Source: Fidelibacterota bacterium
Lineage (GTDB): Bacteria > Fidelibacterota > Marinisomatia > Marinisomatales > S15-B10
Direction of reading: 5' to 3'
Length of the DNA stretch: 64,000 nt
Assembly: GCA_046861655.1 (NCBI GenBank)
Contig: JBHIAI010000002.1
Coordinates: forward strand, 32,001-96,000
Made by a program: the position numbers and the translations under genes. Below the pieces are notes generated by a model. The model had not been told where the DNA came from. It did no database searches and saw nothing but the letters and a program-made list of their open reading frames with translations. Shown here piece by piece: positions 46,577 to 56,276 of this stretch; position 1 is the first letter of the stretch, and each line of letters opens with the position of its first letter.

Positions 46577-47884
46577 CTAGCGGAGGATGGTCAGGTTGCG
46601 TTCGGGTCCCAGGGAGATGATGGTGACCGGGCAGACGATTTCTTGTTCAATAAACCGGATGTAGCGTTTCATCGGTGCGGGGAGGATGTCATACCCGTCC
46701 CGGCAGTATCCCCTGATGTCTTCCTTTGTCATGTCTTGCCACCCCTCAAGATCGGCGTACACGGGTATGGCTTTTCTCATCTGCCCCAGGCTCGCAGGCA
46801 TCTCGGAAACAGTGTGGCCATCGATTCTGTAGGCTGTGCAAATTCTGAGGCTGGAGAATCCGCACAGGACATCCATCTTGGTGAGGGCCACCTCGGTGAG
46901 GCCGTTGAGACGTACAGCCTGGCGAAGCTGGACCAGGTCAAGACAGCCGATTCGTCTGGGTCTTCCTGTGGTGGTTCCGAATTCCTGTCCTCTTTCGCGG
47001 ATAGCTGCAGCTTCACTATCCTCAAGCTCGGTGGGGAAGGGGCTGGTGCCAACGCGGGTTACGTAGGCTTTGGCCACGCCGATGATCCGGGCGGCATTTC
47101 CATAACCCACTCCCGATCCTGCGTGTATCTGTCCGGCGAGAGTGGTGGAACTTGTGGTATGAGGGTACAGCCCATGGTCTATGTCCAGGGACACCCCCTG
47201 GGCCCCTTCCATCAAGAAGGACTTTCCCGACCGGTAGGCCCTGTACAGTTCCAGCTCCGTATCGACAATGTACGGCTTCAGTCTGTCTCCATAGTCCAGG
47301 CAATCCTTCTGGATTTCCCGGAGGGTGAGGTCGAATTCTCGCTGGAAAACGCTCCGGATGATGCGGGTGTTGAATGCATAGGATTTTTCCAGTTTTTCAC
47401 GGAGAATGGCGGGTTCCAGGAGATCCCCCATACGAATTCCATGCCTGTACATTTTGTCGGCGTAGACCGGGGCAATCCCCCGCAGGGTGCTCCCGGCTGC
47501 CAGATCTCCTTGAAAGCCGGTGAGACACTCATCCATAACGATGTGATAGGGCAGAATCACATGGGCCCGTTCGCTGACCTTCAGTTTGGGCTGGATGCCC
47601 CGTTCTTTTAGATGACTCATTTCTTCCAGCAGAACCCTGGGGTTCACCACCACCCCCGTCCCGATCACAGAGATGGGTCTGGAATAGAGGACACCGGAAG
47701 GGATGAGGTGCAGTTTGTACACCTCCCCGTCTGCGGTGACCGTATGGCCGGCGTTGTTTCCTCCTTGAAACCGGACCACATAATCCCGGTCGTAGGCGAA
47801 GAAATCGGTAATCTTGCCCTTTCCTTCGTCACCCCACTGGGCCCCAACCACCACTGTCAGTTGCGCTTCCTTTTGGCCGGTCAT
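46577..47884 (-). CDS. purA: Adenylosuccinate synthetase
   Basis: GAQWGDEGKGK, GGNNAGHT, EGAQG and GTTTGRPRR. Confidence 0.97.
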   Translation of the reverse strand: MTGQKEAQLTVVVGAQWGDEGKGKITDFFAYDRDYVVRFQGGNNAGHTVTADGEVYKLHLIPSGVLYSRPISVIGTGVVVNPRVLLEEMSHLKERGIQPKLKVSERAHVILPYHIVMDECLTGFQGDLAAGSTLRGIAPVYADKMYRHGIRMGDLLEPAILREKLEKSYAFNTRIIRSVFQREFDLTLREIQKDCLDYGDRLKPYIVDTELELYRAYRSGKSFLMEGAQGVSLDIDHGLYPHTTSSTTLAGQIHAGSGVGYGNAARIIGVAKAYVTRVGTSPFPTELEDSEAAAIRERGQEFGTTTGRPRRIGCLDLVQLRQAVRLNGLTEVALTKMDVLCGFSSLRICTAYRIDGHTVSEMPASLGQMRKAIPVYADLEGWQDMTKEDIRGYCRDGYDILPAPMKRYIRFIEQEIVCPVTIISLGPERNLTILR

Positions 47885-48075
47885 GCTTGGTCAGTGTACT
47901 CCGGGGGTGCTGGAACAGGAAAGCCGGTGACGAGGTCCCAGGTGGCTAGACCGGGATACCGGCATCGCTCCCGCGATGGAAAGAGGGGCTGTCCGAAAAC
48001 GGGCAAGGCCCATGACGAAAAACCGTCAGTCGTGGCACGATATGACTTGTGTCTCTGCCGTTCTTGGAGGGTTTG
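47885..48075 (-). promoter_or_regulatory. Long structured 5' leader of the pur operon (candidate cis-regulatory RNA)
   Basis: About 190 non-coding nt with several hairpins (CATCGC-GGGA-GCGATG; TGACG..CGTCA; GCCGGT..ACCGGC) downstream of a TAAACT -10-like hexamer near 48085-48090. Confidence 0.4.
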
Positions 48076-48215
48076 AAACAATGAAGTTTACACCGAGTTC
48101 GGCAAAAGTGAAATGCGAAAAAACAGAGCCTGCGTTCTGAGGATGGAGAAGCGGTTAGCACGGACCCCCGGCTTGAGTCCGGAGTTTACGACTCAAGAGA
48201 GAGGGACGAGAATCT

Positions 48216-49730
48216 TCACTGGGCCCAGGGGGGAAGGGACACAGGATCGATATCAAAGATACCCAGGCCCACCGTGAACACGGTGGCTGTGATAATGGCA
48301 ACGCCGATGAAATTGAGGACAATCCCCGTCTTAACCATCTCGGCCACCCGGAGCCGTTGAGTCCCAAATACGATAGCGTTGGGGGGTGTGGCTACGGGCA
48401 GCATGAATGCACAGGAGGCGGAAAGGGTAACAGGAAGCATGAGGAGAAGGGGATTCACGTGGATGGCCAAGCCCAGGGAAGCGATGATGGGTAGGATCAC
48501 CTGAGCTGTGGCTGTATTTGACGTGAGTTCCGTAAGGAACGTGACCAGGAGGCAGGCCAGGGCAACAATGAAAAGGGGAGTCAAGACTCCCGCCCATTCC
48601 AGCTGATCCCCCAGCCACCGGGAAAGTCCTGTCCTCATGAATCCTTCCGCCAGGGCAAATCCCCCGCCGAACAGCAAAACGATGTTCCACGGCAGCCCAA
48701 CCGCAGTTTTCCAGTTCAGGACGGTAGTCTCCGGCCGATTCTTGCTGGGGATAAGAAAAAGAATGAGGGCCATGGCGATGGCCACCGTGCCGTCGTCAAC
48801 GAACCCGGGTACTGCCAACAGGGACGACCATCCCCGGATAACCGTGCCTCCAACGTTCAGATCACTCCGGGTTAACCACATGAGGGCCAGAAGAACAAAG
48901 TCGGCCAGGACGACTTTCTCCTCATAGGACATGGGCCCCAGCTTCTCACATTCGTCCTTGAACACGTCTGTCTTGATGGTAAGGGGTGTTTTCCGGAAGA
49001 AACGCAAGGTCAGGTATCCCCAGGCGATAGCGATAAGAACGATGGACGGAGGGAGGGCGAAGACAAACCATTGGGAAAAGGAAATCTGCGGCGCCTGGGG
49101 AAAGTGGGTGGCAAACATTTTCACGAAGGCCAGGTTGGGTGGAGTTCCCACCAGGGTAGCGATCCCTCCGATGGAGGAGGAATAGGCCACAGCCAGAAGG
49201 AGACCCGCGGTAAACCGGGAGACCGTTTTCCTGTCCAGAGTGTCCTCCAGCTTCATAATGACAGCCAGGGCGATGGGGATCATCATCATGGTGGTGGCGG
49301 TGTTGGAGATCCACATGGAGAGAAACCAGGTGGCGATCATGAAGCCCAGGACGATGAGGGTGGCACTGGATCCCGTCCGGGTGAGAATGGCCAGGGAGAT
49401 CCGTTTGTGAAGATTCCACCGTTGCATGGCCAGGGCCACCATGAATCCCCCAACGAAGAGGAAAATGATATGGTTTACGTAGACGGGAGCCACATCTCTG
49501 CCGCTCATGATACCGGCGAGGGGAAACATCACTACGGGCAGCAGAGCGGTCATCCCCAGGGGAATCACCTCGGTGATCCACCAGACAGCCATCCAGGCCG
49601 CCACAGCGGCCATGTAGGTTACCTGCCGGTTTGAGGGATCCAGGTCAACAACAAGGATGAACAGTAGAAAAAGGAGGGGACCGGCGACCAGAGCGGAAGG
49701 GCGGTGTCTGAAGGATCGACGGGCAATCAC
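48216..49730 (-). CDS. SLC13/DASS family Na+-coupled anion symporter
   Basis: SMWISNTAT, GTPPN, TSNTAT and FMLPVATPPNAIVF. Confidence 0.92.
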   Translation of the reverse strand: MIARRSFRHRPSALVAGPLLFLLFILVVDLDPSNRQVTYMAAVAAWMAVWWITEVIPLGMTALLPVVMFPLAGIMSGRDVAPVYVNHIIFLFVGGFMVALAMQRWNLHKRISLAILTRTGSSATLIVLGFMIATWFLSMWISNTATTMMMIPIALAVIMKLEDTLDRKTVSRFTAGLLLAVAYSSSIGGIATLVGTPPNLAFVKMFATHFPQAPQISFSQWFVFALPPSIVLIAIAWGYLTLRFFRKTPLTIKTDVFKDECEKLGPMSYEEKVVLADFVLLALMWLTRSDLNVGGTVIRGWSSLLAVPGFVDDGTVAIAMALILFLIPSKNRPETTVLNWKTAVGLPWNIVLLFGGGFALAEGFMRTGLSRWLGDQLEWAGVLTPLFIVALACLLVTFLTELTSNTATAQVILPIIASLGLAIHVNPLLLMLPVTLSASCAFMLPVATPPNAIVFGTQRLRVAEMVKTGIVLNFIGVAIITATVFTVGLGIFDIDPVSLPPWAQ

Positions 49731-50989
49731 TATCGGGCATTGAGCATTATCCTGACAGAGTCGAGACTCCCGTCGTTGTCTGCCGGGTCAAGGTTGAGAA
49801 TGTGGCACATGAGCTCGTACAGATGGATGTTCTGAAAGGAGTCTACCACCAGGCCATCCTGGAAAGCGGGTCCGCTGGCAATGAACGTGGCATGCATGGA
49901 TCTCAACCGGTTGTCATAACCATGGGTCCCTCCCTCATAGGGATCGGGATGGGACTCTGGGTAAGCGCGGTACGAAATAGACCACCCTTCGTCCGCCACG
50001 CAGACAAGAGGCGTGATCCTCCGGTGATTCCGGTAATGAAATCGTTCCGGGATTTCCTCCTTCCGGTATACGGCCATACTGGGATGGGCCTCATTGAGCC
50101 GGGCGTAGACGGCCTCCTCCATACCTGGGTTGGGACGGATCATGGCTACGGGGGACCAGTCCACCACCAGGACATCTTCGAGATTGATATAATCATCCAG
50201 GAAGATGACCCGGTCTGGACTCGTGGCGGTCATACCGTGATCTGATGTCACTATCATGTTCATATCATCCAGGGAATCCCTTGCCCTCAGGGTGTCCAGC
50301 AACATCCCGATGGCGGCATCCAGCTCATGGATGACCGAGTCCATACGGGGATCCTCAGGACCCACTCGGTGTCCCCAGGAGTCCGCATCGCTGAAGTACA
50401 GGGTGATGAAATCGGGACGTTCGTCGTTGGGGAGGTCAAGCCAGCGGATGACCTGTTGAATCCTCTGGGCGTTGGGAACGGATCCGTCGTAGGCATACCA
50501 GTAGGTGGGCCGGATCCCGGAGATTTCCGCTTCCGACGCGGGCCAGAAAAAAGTGGCCGCTGTCTCCCCTTGCCTCTCGGCTGTCACCCAGATGGGTTCC
50601 CCCTCATACCACCGGCTTTCCTTCACCGATTCGCTTCCCTGTCCGATCCTGTACCAGGCATCGAAAACCTCATCGTACATCGTATTGGACACAATGCCGT
50701 GGTTTTCGGGGTAAAGGCCGGTCACGATGGTGATGTGGTTAGGGAATGTCTTGGAAGGAAACACGGGGATCATCGACTCCGCTTTCACGCCGTGGTCCAC
50801 CAGATAATCCATGTTTGGGGTTTCCGTCCTGTCCATGTAGTCCCACCGGAAGCCGTCCATGGATATCAAAACCAGGGGGGATACAGGAGGGACCGTTTCC
50901 AGCGTCCCACAGGACCCGAGAGTCAATCCACCGATGAGAATAAAAGTGAAGAAACAGGGAAAACGGAAGGGGTGTTTCGGAATCATCAT
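49730..50989 (-). CDS. Nucleotide pyrophosphatase/phosphodiesterase (alkaline phosphatase superfamily), lipoprotein
   Basis: LISMDGFR, SKTFPNH (catalytic Thr), DSWGH, TSDHGM and THGYDN; lipobox LGSC. Confidence 0.92.
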   Translation of the reverse strand: MMIPKHPFRFPCFFTFILIGGLTLGSCGTLETVPPVSPLVLISMDGFRWDYMDRTETPNMDYLVDHGVKAESMIPVFPSKTFPNHITIVTGLYPENHGIVSNTMYDEVFDAWYRIGQGSESVKESRWYEGEPIWVTAERQGETAATFFWPASEAEISGIRPTYWYAYDGSVPNAQRIQQVIRWLDLPNDERPDFITLYFSDADSWGHRVGPEDPRMDSVIHELDAAIGMLLDTLRARDSLDDMNMIVTSDHGMTATSPDRVIFLDDYINLEDVLVVDWSPVAMIRPNPGMEEAVYARLNEAHPSMAVYRKEEIPERFHYRNHRRITPLVCVADEGWSISYRAYPESHPDPYEGGTHGYDNRLRSMHATFIASGPAFQDGLVVDSFQNIHLYELMCHILNLDPADNDGSLDSVRIMLNAR

Positions 50990-51258
50990 ATCTTCTACAG
51001 ACCACAATCTGGAGTCTTCGTCATGAAACGAAGGATCATCCCGGGTCCCAGAAGGAACCCACTGTGTGCATCCTTCGCCATGACCAGGCCAATCATGGAT
51101 GGCTCCGCAGGTACTAGATGTCCGGGGAAGATTTCATGAAGAATAGAGCTCTCGAGTGGAGATGTTTTCTGTAGATACTGAACTCCTGGCGGAGTAGTCT
51201 CATGGGCGAAAGGCAATCTACAGCGCCCCCCGCCAGGGAATCAAGCAATAAGGATCGA

Positions 51259-52260
51259 CTACGGAGTGTAGACTTCCCCGTCGGGGTAATGAACCGGGAA
51301 ACGGTCCATCAGGATAGGGTTGTACGTCAGAGCCGGAAGCTCTCTGCCCAGGTAGGGACCTCCGACGGCTCTTCCAGTGAGGATATCCCATTGGGATCCG
51401 GTCTGGATATCCGAGATCAAAAACCCCTGTTTGGGATCGAATTCAGCGGTAAAGACCAGGGACTCTCCTTCGATGGTCCGTCCCCAGGCTGTGGCAGTGC
51501 GCTGGGCTTTGTGAAAGGCTACCACAATGGGTTCGCCCCCGAACGTATCGTTGATGATGGGCGTCCTTTCCAGGGTATCAAAGGGATAAAGTTTGGCCTG
51601 ATTGAGGCGGGATACCACCAGTCCGATCTGTTCCGCCCGGTAAAAACCCCGGTAGGTTCCCATGAAGCCCGTCCGGCCCAGACCCGGAAGGACGGTGGTC
51701 TGCGGATAGGTTTTCCTCCATTCCCTCCAGCTGGTGACGGTGGAAGGAATGAAGGTCAATTTGGTGCCCTTATGGGGGCCGGTCTTTGCTTCCCCGGTCA
51801 CATGGACCCATTGGGACTGGGTTTGGTGGTCGTAGAATACGAAGGAGCGGTGGTACAGTCTTCCCGAATGCCCGAACGTCAGTTCTGTGTTCCCCACTCG
51901 GCGGTCATACACGATGGCCGTCTGGCAAAGGGGTCACCAGCTGACGGCAATGGGAATCCCGCCCAACGTGTCATTCCCGAGTTCATGAATCCCCATGGTA
52001 CGTATGGGATAGGCCTTGGCCTCTCCACCGATGACCACTCCGATGACCGGGTCCCGGTCGTGAACGTAGCCCTTTTTCTCCGCCATGTCCGCCGCGACGA
52101 ATTCAGGATGATCGAACACGGGAAAGGCGTCCCGGGGAACCACCTGGATTCCGATCTGTTCGGCTTCGTCCGGTGCCTTCCTTTTCAGCCGGTCCAGTAA
52201 TCCCTGGGTCCAGCTTAAGGATGCAGAAGAGACTACGATGACAAGAATCAGGGTTTTCAT
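51259..52260 (-). CDS. DUF3179-domain selenoprotein (in-frame UGA at 51934-51936)
   Basis: Two in-frame ORFs join as ...GGIPIAVSW-[TGA]-PLCQTAIVYDR..., with the TGA at the first Cys of the family's CPLC motif; AKAYP, FGHSGRLY and YDHQTQSQW motifs. Confidence 0.85.
51892..51933 (-). promoter_or_regulatory. Bacterial SECIS-like hairpin
   Basis: CGGCCAT-CGTGT-ATGACCG stem-loop; the loop begins 20 nt after the UGA and has G at position 2; a CCCC/GGGG lower stem is possible. Confidence 0.55.
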
Positions 52261-52345
52261 GGGTATGAATCTTAAAGAAAACCGGGGAGGTTGTTCCAGG
52301 GAATTCGGCACACCTGTCGTAGAGGCTACACTTTTTGTCTGGGGC

Positions 52346-53602
52346 TCATTGCTGGCGGTAGATATGGACGGCGTAGGGACCGAAGGAGTCCAGGAAGGTC
52401 CCCTCTTCCACCCATACCTCCCGGTCTTCCCCCAGGACCTCGAAGGATCCGGCCCTGGTCTCGGAGAGAGTGAAGGTTACCTGGATAGGAGTCTCCCCCC
52501 TCTCCCTCACCGCCAGAATCACCGTCTTGCCCTCGAGTTTCCGGGTCAGGACGCGTACCTCCTGGGAGGAGCCATCCACCTGCTCGGAAGATTCCCCGGG
52601 GGCAAGGGCGTGGGCAAGGCTTTTTACCGTCTGGGCCGTGGAACGGATGTAGCGATCCCAGGTAGGGTCGTCAAAAGGGATGGTTCCCCCAAGCCTGGAG
52701 CCGGGGAAGTAGAAGATGCCTGAGGCCCCATGAGCCAGAGCCTGAAACGTCATGAACCGGGTCTCCAGGCTGTCAGGTCTTCGGGAATCTGCCAGGGGCT
52801 CTTTTTCTCCCAGGTCTCCCCGCTGGTAACCCTGCTGGATCATCCACACGGGCGTATCCGGGGTACCCCAGGACCGCCCCACATCCACATACCATCCAAA
52901 GTCTTCCAGGTCACTTCTGGTAATGAACCCCGGCCAGGGAAGTCCCATCCCCACGGGGTAGAAATCGAAACTGACAATGTCTGCGATCCGGGCATAGTCC
53001 GTCATGTCAGGCCAGTCCGGCGTGTCCCAGAGGTCGTCCAGCGGTGCGAAATTGATCCAGATCAGGGGACGGCTGGGATGTTGACGGATGGCGGTGGCTA
53101 TCCGACCCATCAGGGAAAGGCCGATACCATGCCATACCGGTTCGTCAACCATCCAGCCCAGGAAGTGGGGCGAATCGTCCACGGCGTCTGTGGTGGCGGC
53201 AAACAGATCCTCCAAATCCGTGTCGGTTTTCTCTGCCAGGGCGGTATCCGTGGGTGCGCCGACGAAATAGTAGATGCCCAATCGGTCGCACTCCCGCCTG
53301 AGCTCGTGGATATCGGGTTGATTGGTGACAGTGCGGCCGGGCCGCACGTACTCGTAGTAGGCCACCAGGGCATCCAGACCGTATTCACGGACGTCTTCAA
53401 AGGGATTACGTCCGGTGGGGAAGGAAATATCCGGCCAGAAGTAGATTCCCGTGGGGATCAGGGGTTTTTCGTCAACAAAAAGCACCCCGTTTTCGGTGTG
53501 AACATTCTTGGGATGCCCCCGGTCCTCCGGGACCTGACAGCCTGCAGCCAGAAGAGCGGCCAGGACGATCTGGATGGCCTGGGAGCGACTCTTAACCGTC
53601 AC
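52346..53602 (-). CDS. Lipoprotein with a glycoside-hydrolase-like TIM barrel
   Basis: Lipobox LAAGC; LFVDEKP, GWMVDEP, ADIVSFDFYP, PVWMIQQ and HGASGIFYF. Confidence 0.6.
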   Translation of the reverse strand: MTVKSRSQAIQIVLAALLAAGCQVPEDRGHPKNVHTENGVLFVDEKPLIPTGIYFWPDISFPTGRNPFEDVREYGLDALVAYYEYVRPGRTVTNQPDIHELRRECDRLGIYYFVGAPTDTALAEKTDTDLEDLFAATTDAVDDSPHFLGWMVDEPVWHGIGLSLMGRIATAIRQHPSRPLIWINFAPLDDLWDTPDWPDMTDYARIADIVSFDFYPVGMGLPWPGFITRSDLEDFGWYVDVGRSWGTPDTPVWMIQQGYQRGDLGEKEPLADSRRPDSLETRFMTFQALAHGASGIFYFPGSRLGGTIPFDDPTWDRYIRSTAQTVKSLAHALAPGESSEQVDGSSQEVRVLTRKLEGKTVILAVRERGETPIQVTFTLSETRAGSFEVLGEDREVWVEEGTFLDSFGPYAVHIYRQQ

Positions 53603-54089
53603 GGCCTGGGGAAGCGGGGGCCCTTCCGGTCATGGCCAGAACGATGGAAGTGTTTTCTTTGAAACAGGTGTGCTGGCGCCGGATTGTGAAGACGAAGTGG
53701 ATCATGGCCCCCATGTAGACCCCTCCGTGGACCCAGGGGGGAATGCTTCCCGTATCTGCGGCACCACCCAGGATAAAGACGGTCATCACAAGCAGCATAT
53801 TGAGCAGGGTGGCGGGATACACCCTTCGTTTGATGGCCAGAGCTCTCTGGTGATATTCGGGCTTGGCCCTACCCTCGTGAACGTAATCTTTGATACTGCC
53901 CCCGGTGGCCACGAAGAAAAATATGACCAAAACCTCTGTGAGCAAATAGACGATGACCGTGATGAAGCTGAAGGCGAAATGGTCGATACCCAGGGGGTCA
54001 AGGCCAGCGTATCCCTGAATTCCTGCCACGAACAGAGCCAGGAAGGAACCCCCCGTCAGAACATATATGATGATCATGAAGACGTACAT
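53592..54089 (-). CDS. Small 4-TM membrane protein, hypothetical
   Basis: Four hydrophobic segments, some containing His; coupled between ychF and the lipoprotein gene. Confidence 0.6.
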   Translation of the reverse strand: MYVFMIIIYVLTGGSFLALFVAGIQGYAGLDPLGIDHFAFSFITVIVYLLTEVLVIFFFVATGGSIKDYVHEGRAKPEYHQRALAIKRRVYPATLLNMLLVMTVFILGGAADTGSIPPWVHGGVYMGAMIHFVFTIRRQHTCFKENTSIVLAMTGRAPASPGRDG

Positions 54090-54098
54090 ATCCCGCGT

Positions 54099-55205
54099 TC
54101 ACGGTGTACGGAAATGGAACGTCACCACATCGCCGTCTTGGATGATGGTCTCCTTTCCGTGCGAATGGATCAGTCCCCGGTCCCGGAGGTCGGAAACGGA
54201 ACCGTGGGTGAAAAGGTCTTCTGACGTATAGACCTCTGCCTTGATAAACCCCCTTTCGAAGTCGGAGTGGATCACGCCCGCAGCCTGGGCAGCCGGGGTC
54301 CCGCGTTTCACGGTCCAGGCTTGGACATGATCGGATTCGGTGGTGAAAAAAGTGATCAGATTCAGTAGGTCATAGGTTTTCTGGACCAGACGTTCCAATC
54401 CGCTGGTTTCCAGTCCCCATTCGTCCATGAAGAATTTCCGCTCTTCATCTGTATCCAGGAAGGTCAGTTCCTGTTCCAGGGTGGCGCTCAAGATGAGAAC
54501 GCGTTCGTCTCTTTCTTCCGCCCACTCCACAAGAGTGAGGGTCTCGGGTTTGAGGCGGTGAGAGGTGGCGTCCTCTTCATTCTCATTGCCCACATAAAGT
54601 ACGGGCTTGGCGGAGATGAGAAAGAGGTTTTCCATAAGGGACGCCTCGTTCTCGTGAACTGGGGCGTTTCTTGCGGGAACACCGTCGTTGAGATTCTCTA
54701 CCAACCGGTCGAGAAGTTGTTTCTCCCGGACCGCCTCTTTGTCACTCATGCTGATCTTCTTGGAGATTCTTTCCAGACGACGGGTGACGGTCTCCAGGTC
54801 TTTCAGAATGATTTCCGTTTCCACAATGCCGATATCCCTAACAGGGTCCAGGCGAGGTGAGATATGACTGACCTGTTCGTTGGTGAAGCATCGAACCACG
54901 TGAATCACAGCATCCACCTGCCGGATCTGGGCCAGGAATTGATTGCCCAGCCCCTCTCCCCGGTGAGAGCCCTCAATGAGACCTGCGATATCCACTACCC
55001 GTAAGGAGGCCGGAATCACCTTTTTGGGTTTGAGAATCCTGGACATTTCCGTGAGCCGTGCGTCAGGGACGGGGACCACTCCCACGTTGGGCTCCACGGT
55101 GGTGAACGGGTAGGCTCCTATGGGGATCTGCATGTGGGTCAGAGCGGAAAAAAGGGTGGATTTGCCCACGTTGGGCAGGCCGACAACACCGCTCTGTAGG
55201 GGCAT
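54099..55205 (-). CDS. ychF: Redox-regulated ATPase YchF
   Basis: GLPNVGKST, YPFTTVEPN, DIAGL, GEGLGNQFL and IHSDFERGFIKAEV. Confidence 0.95.
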   Translation of the reverse strand: MPLQSGVVGLPNVGKSTLFSALTHMQIPIGAYPFTTVEPNVGVVPVPDARLTEMSRILKPKKVIPASLRVVDIAGLIEGSHRGEGLGNQFLAQIRQVDAVIHVVRCFTNEQVSHISPRLDPVRDIGIVETEIILKDLETVTRRLERISKKISMSDKEAVREKQLLDRLVENLNDGVPARNAPVHENEASLMENLFLISAKPVLYVGNENEEDATSHRLKPETLTLVEWAEERDERVLILSATLEQELTFLDTDEERKFFMDEWGLETSGLERLVQKTYDLLNLITFFTTESDHVQAWTVKRGTPAAQAAGVIHSDFERGFIKAEVYTSEDLFTHGSVSDLRDRGLIHSHGKETIIQDGDVVTFHFRTP

Positions 55206-55359
55206 GGCAAGAAGAAATTAGCCCTTTCGCAGGGTGTTTCCATACGGGTTTTCTTCACCCCGAGCAATTCCTGAGACTCAAGGGTTTTTGACGGTCGGTT
55301 AACTCTTTGAGTCTGGTCGATTTTGAAATAAATTGTTCGGAAAAGAAAGGAGTAGGGGC

Positions 55360-56145
55360 ATGAATGAATGGGTGTTGATCCTGGGGTGCTCCACGGGGCA
55401 TGGGGGTGCCACCTCGAAGAAACTGGCAGAAAAAGGGTACGGAGTGATCGGTTTTCACTTGGACAGGGGAGAGATCAAGCGGCAGGCCGAGGAATTTTCG
55501 GAAGAACTGAGTGGTCTGAATGACGGCCGGACTCACTTTTTCAACATCAACGCCGCCTCAGTGGAGGTGATGGATGAGTACATCCCGAAGATTAAGAAAA
55601 TCACGGGGGGACAGGCATTGAAGCTTCTCCTTCATTCCATTGCCTTCGGGACCACCACCAATTTCTTTGGAGAAAAACGGGTGACCCAGAGACAGATGGA
55701 CATGACCGTCCATGTCATGGGTACCTCTTTGCTTTACTGGGTTCAGAAGTTGATGGATGCCGGGCTTCTGGTCCGAGGATCCCGCATCCTGGGCCTCACA
55801 TCCGAAGGGAATGCCCTGGCCATGGATGGATACGGGCCGGTGAGTGTGGCGAAGGTGGCTTTGGAGAGCGTAACCCGACAGATCGGATGGGAGTTGGGCA
55901 AGGAAGGCATAACCGCCAATTGCATTCAGGCCGGGGTGACACCCACCCGGGCTCTGACCAAAATCAGCGATCAATGGGAAGAATGGGTGGAGAAGACAAA
56001 AATCAGGAATCCCATGGGACGTACCACTCAACCCGAGGACGTGGCCAATGTGGTATACCTCATGCTTCAACCTGAGGCCGATTTTATCAATTGCTCCATC
56101 GTTCACACAGACGGGGGTGAACACCGTTCGGGTCTGATTCTTTAG
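55360..56145 (+). CDS. SDR oxidoreductase, enoyl-ACP reductase-like
   Basis: RBS AAGGAG; LILGCSTGHG, HSIAFG, Y-x6-K (YGPVSVAK) and NPMGR. Confidence 0.8.
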   Translation: MNEWVLILGCSTGHGGATSKKLAEKGYGVIGFHLDRGEIKRQAEEFSEELSGLNDGRTHFFNINAASVEVMDEYIPKIKKITGGQALKLLLHSIAFGTTTNFFGEKRVTQRQMDMTVHVMGTSLLYWVQKLMDAGLLVRGSRILGLTSEGNALAMDGYGPVSVAKVALESVTRQIGWELGKEGITANCIQAGVTPTRALTKISDQWEEWVEKTKIRNPMGRTTQPEDVANVVYLMLQPEADFINCSIVHTDGGEHRSGLIL

Positions 56146-56276
56146 AATCCCGCCCCTCCCTCTTTTCTCGTTTTCCATTCAGGCGAACTGTCAATTGTGT
56201 GACAGATTAAGGGGTTGCCATCCTCTTAGCTTCTGTCTGCTGCTCAGACTGCTAATGTAAGCTTAAGGAGGATTCT

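Noticed and set aside
50995..51216. 73-aa ORF between the DUF3179 and phosphodiesterase genes
   Set aside because: No motif or convincing RBS; cannot be supported as coding.
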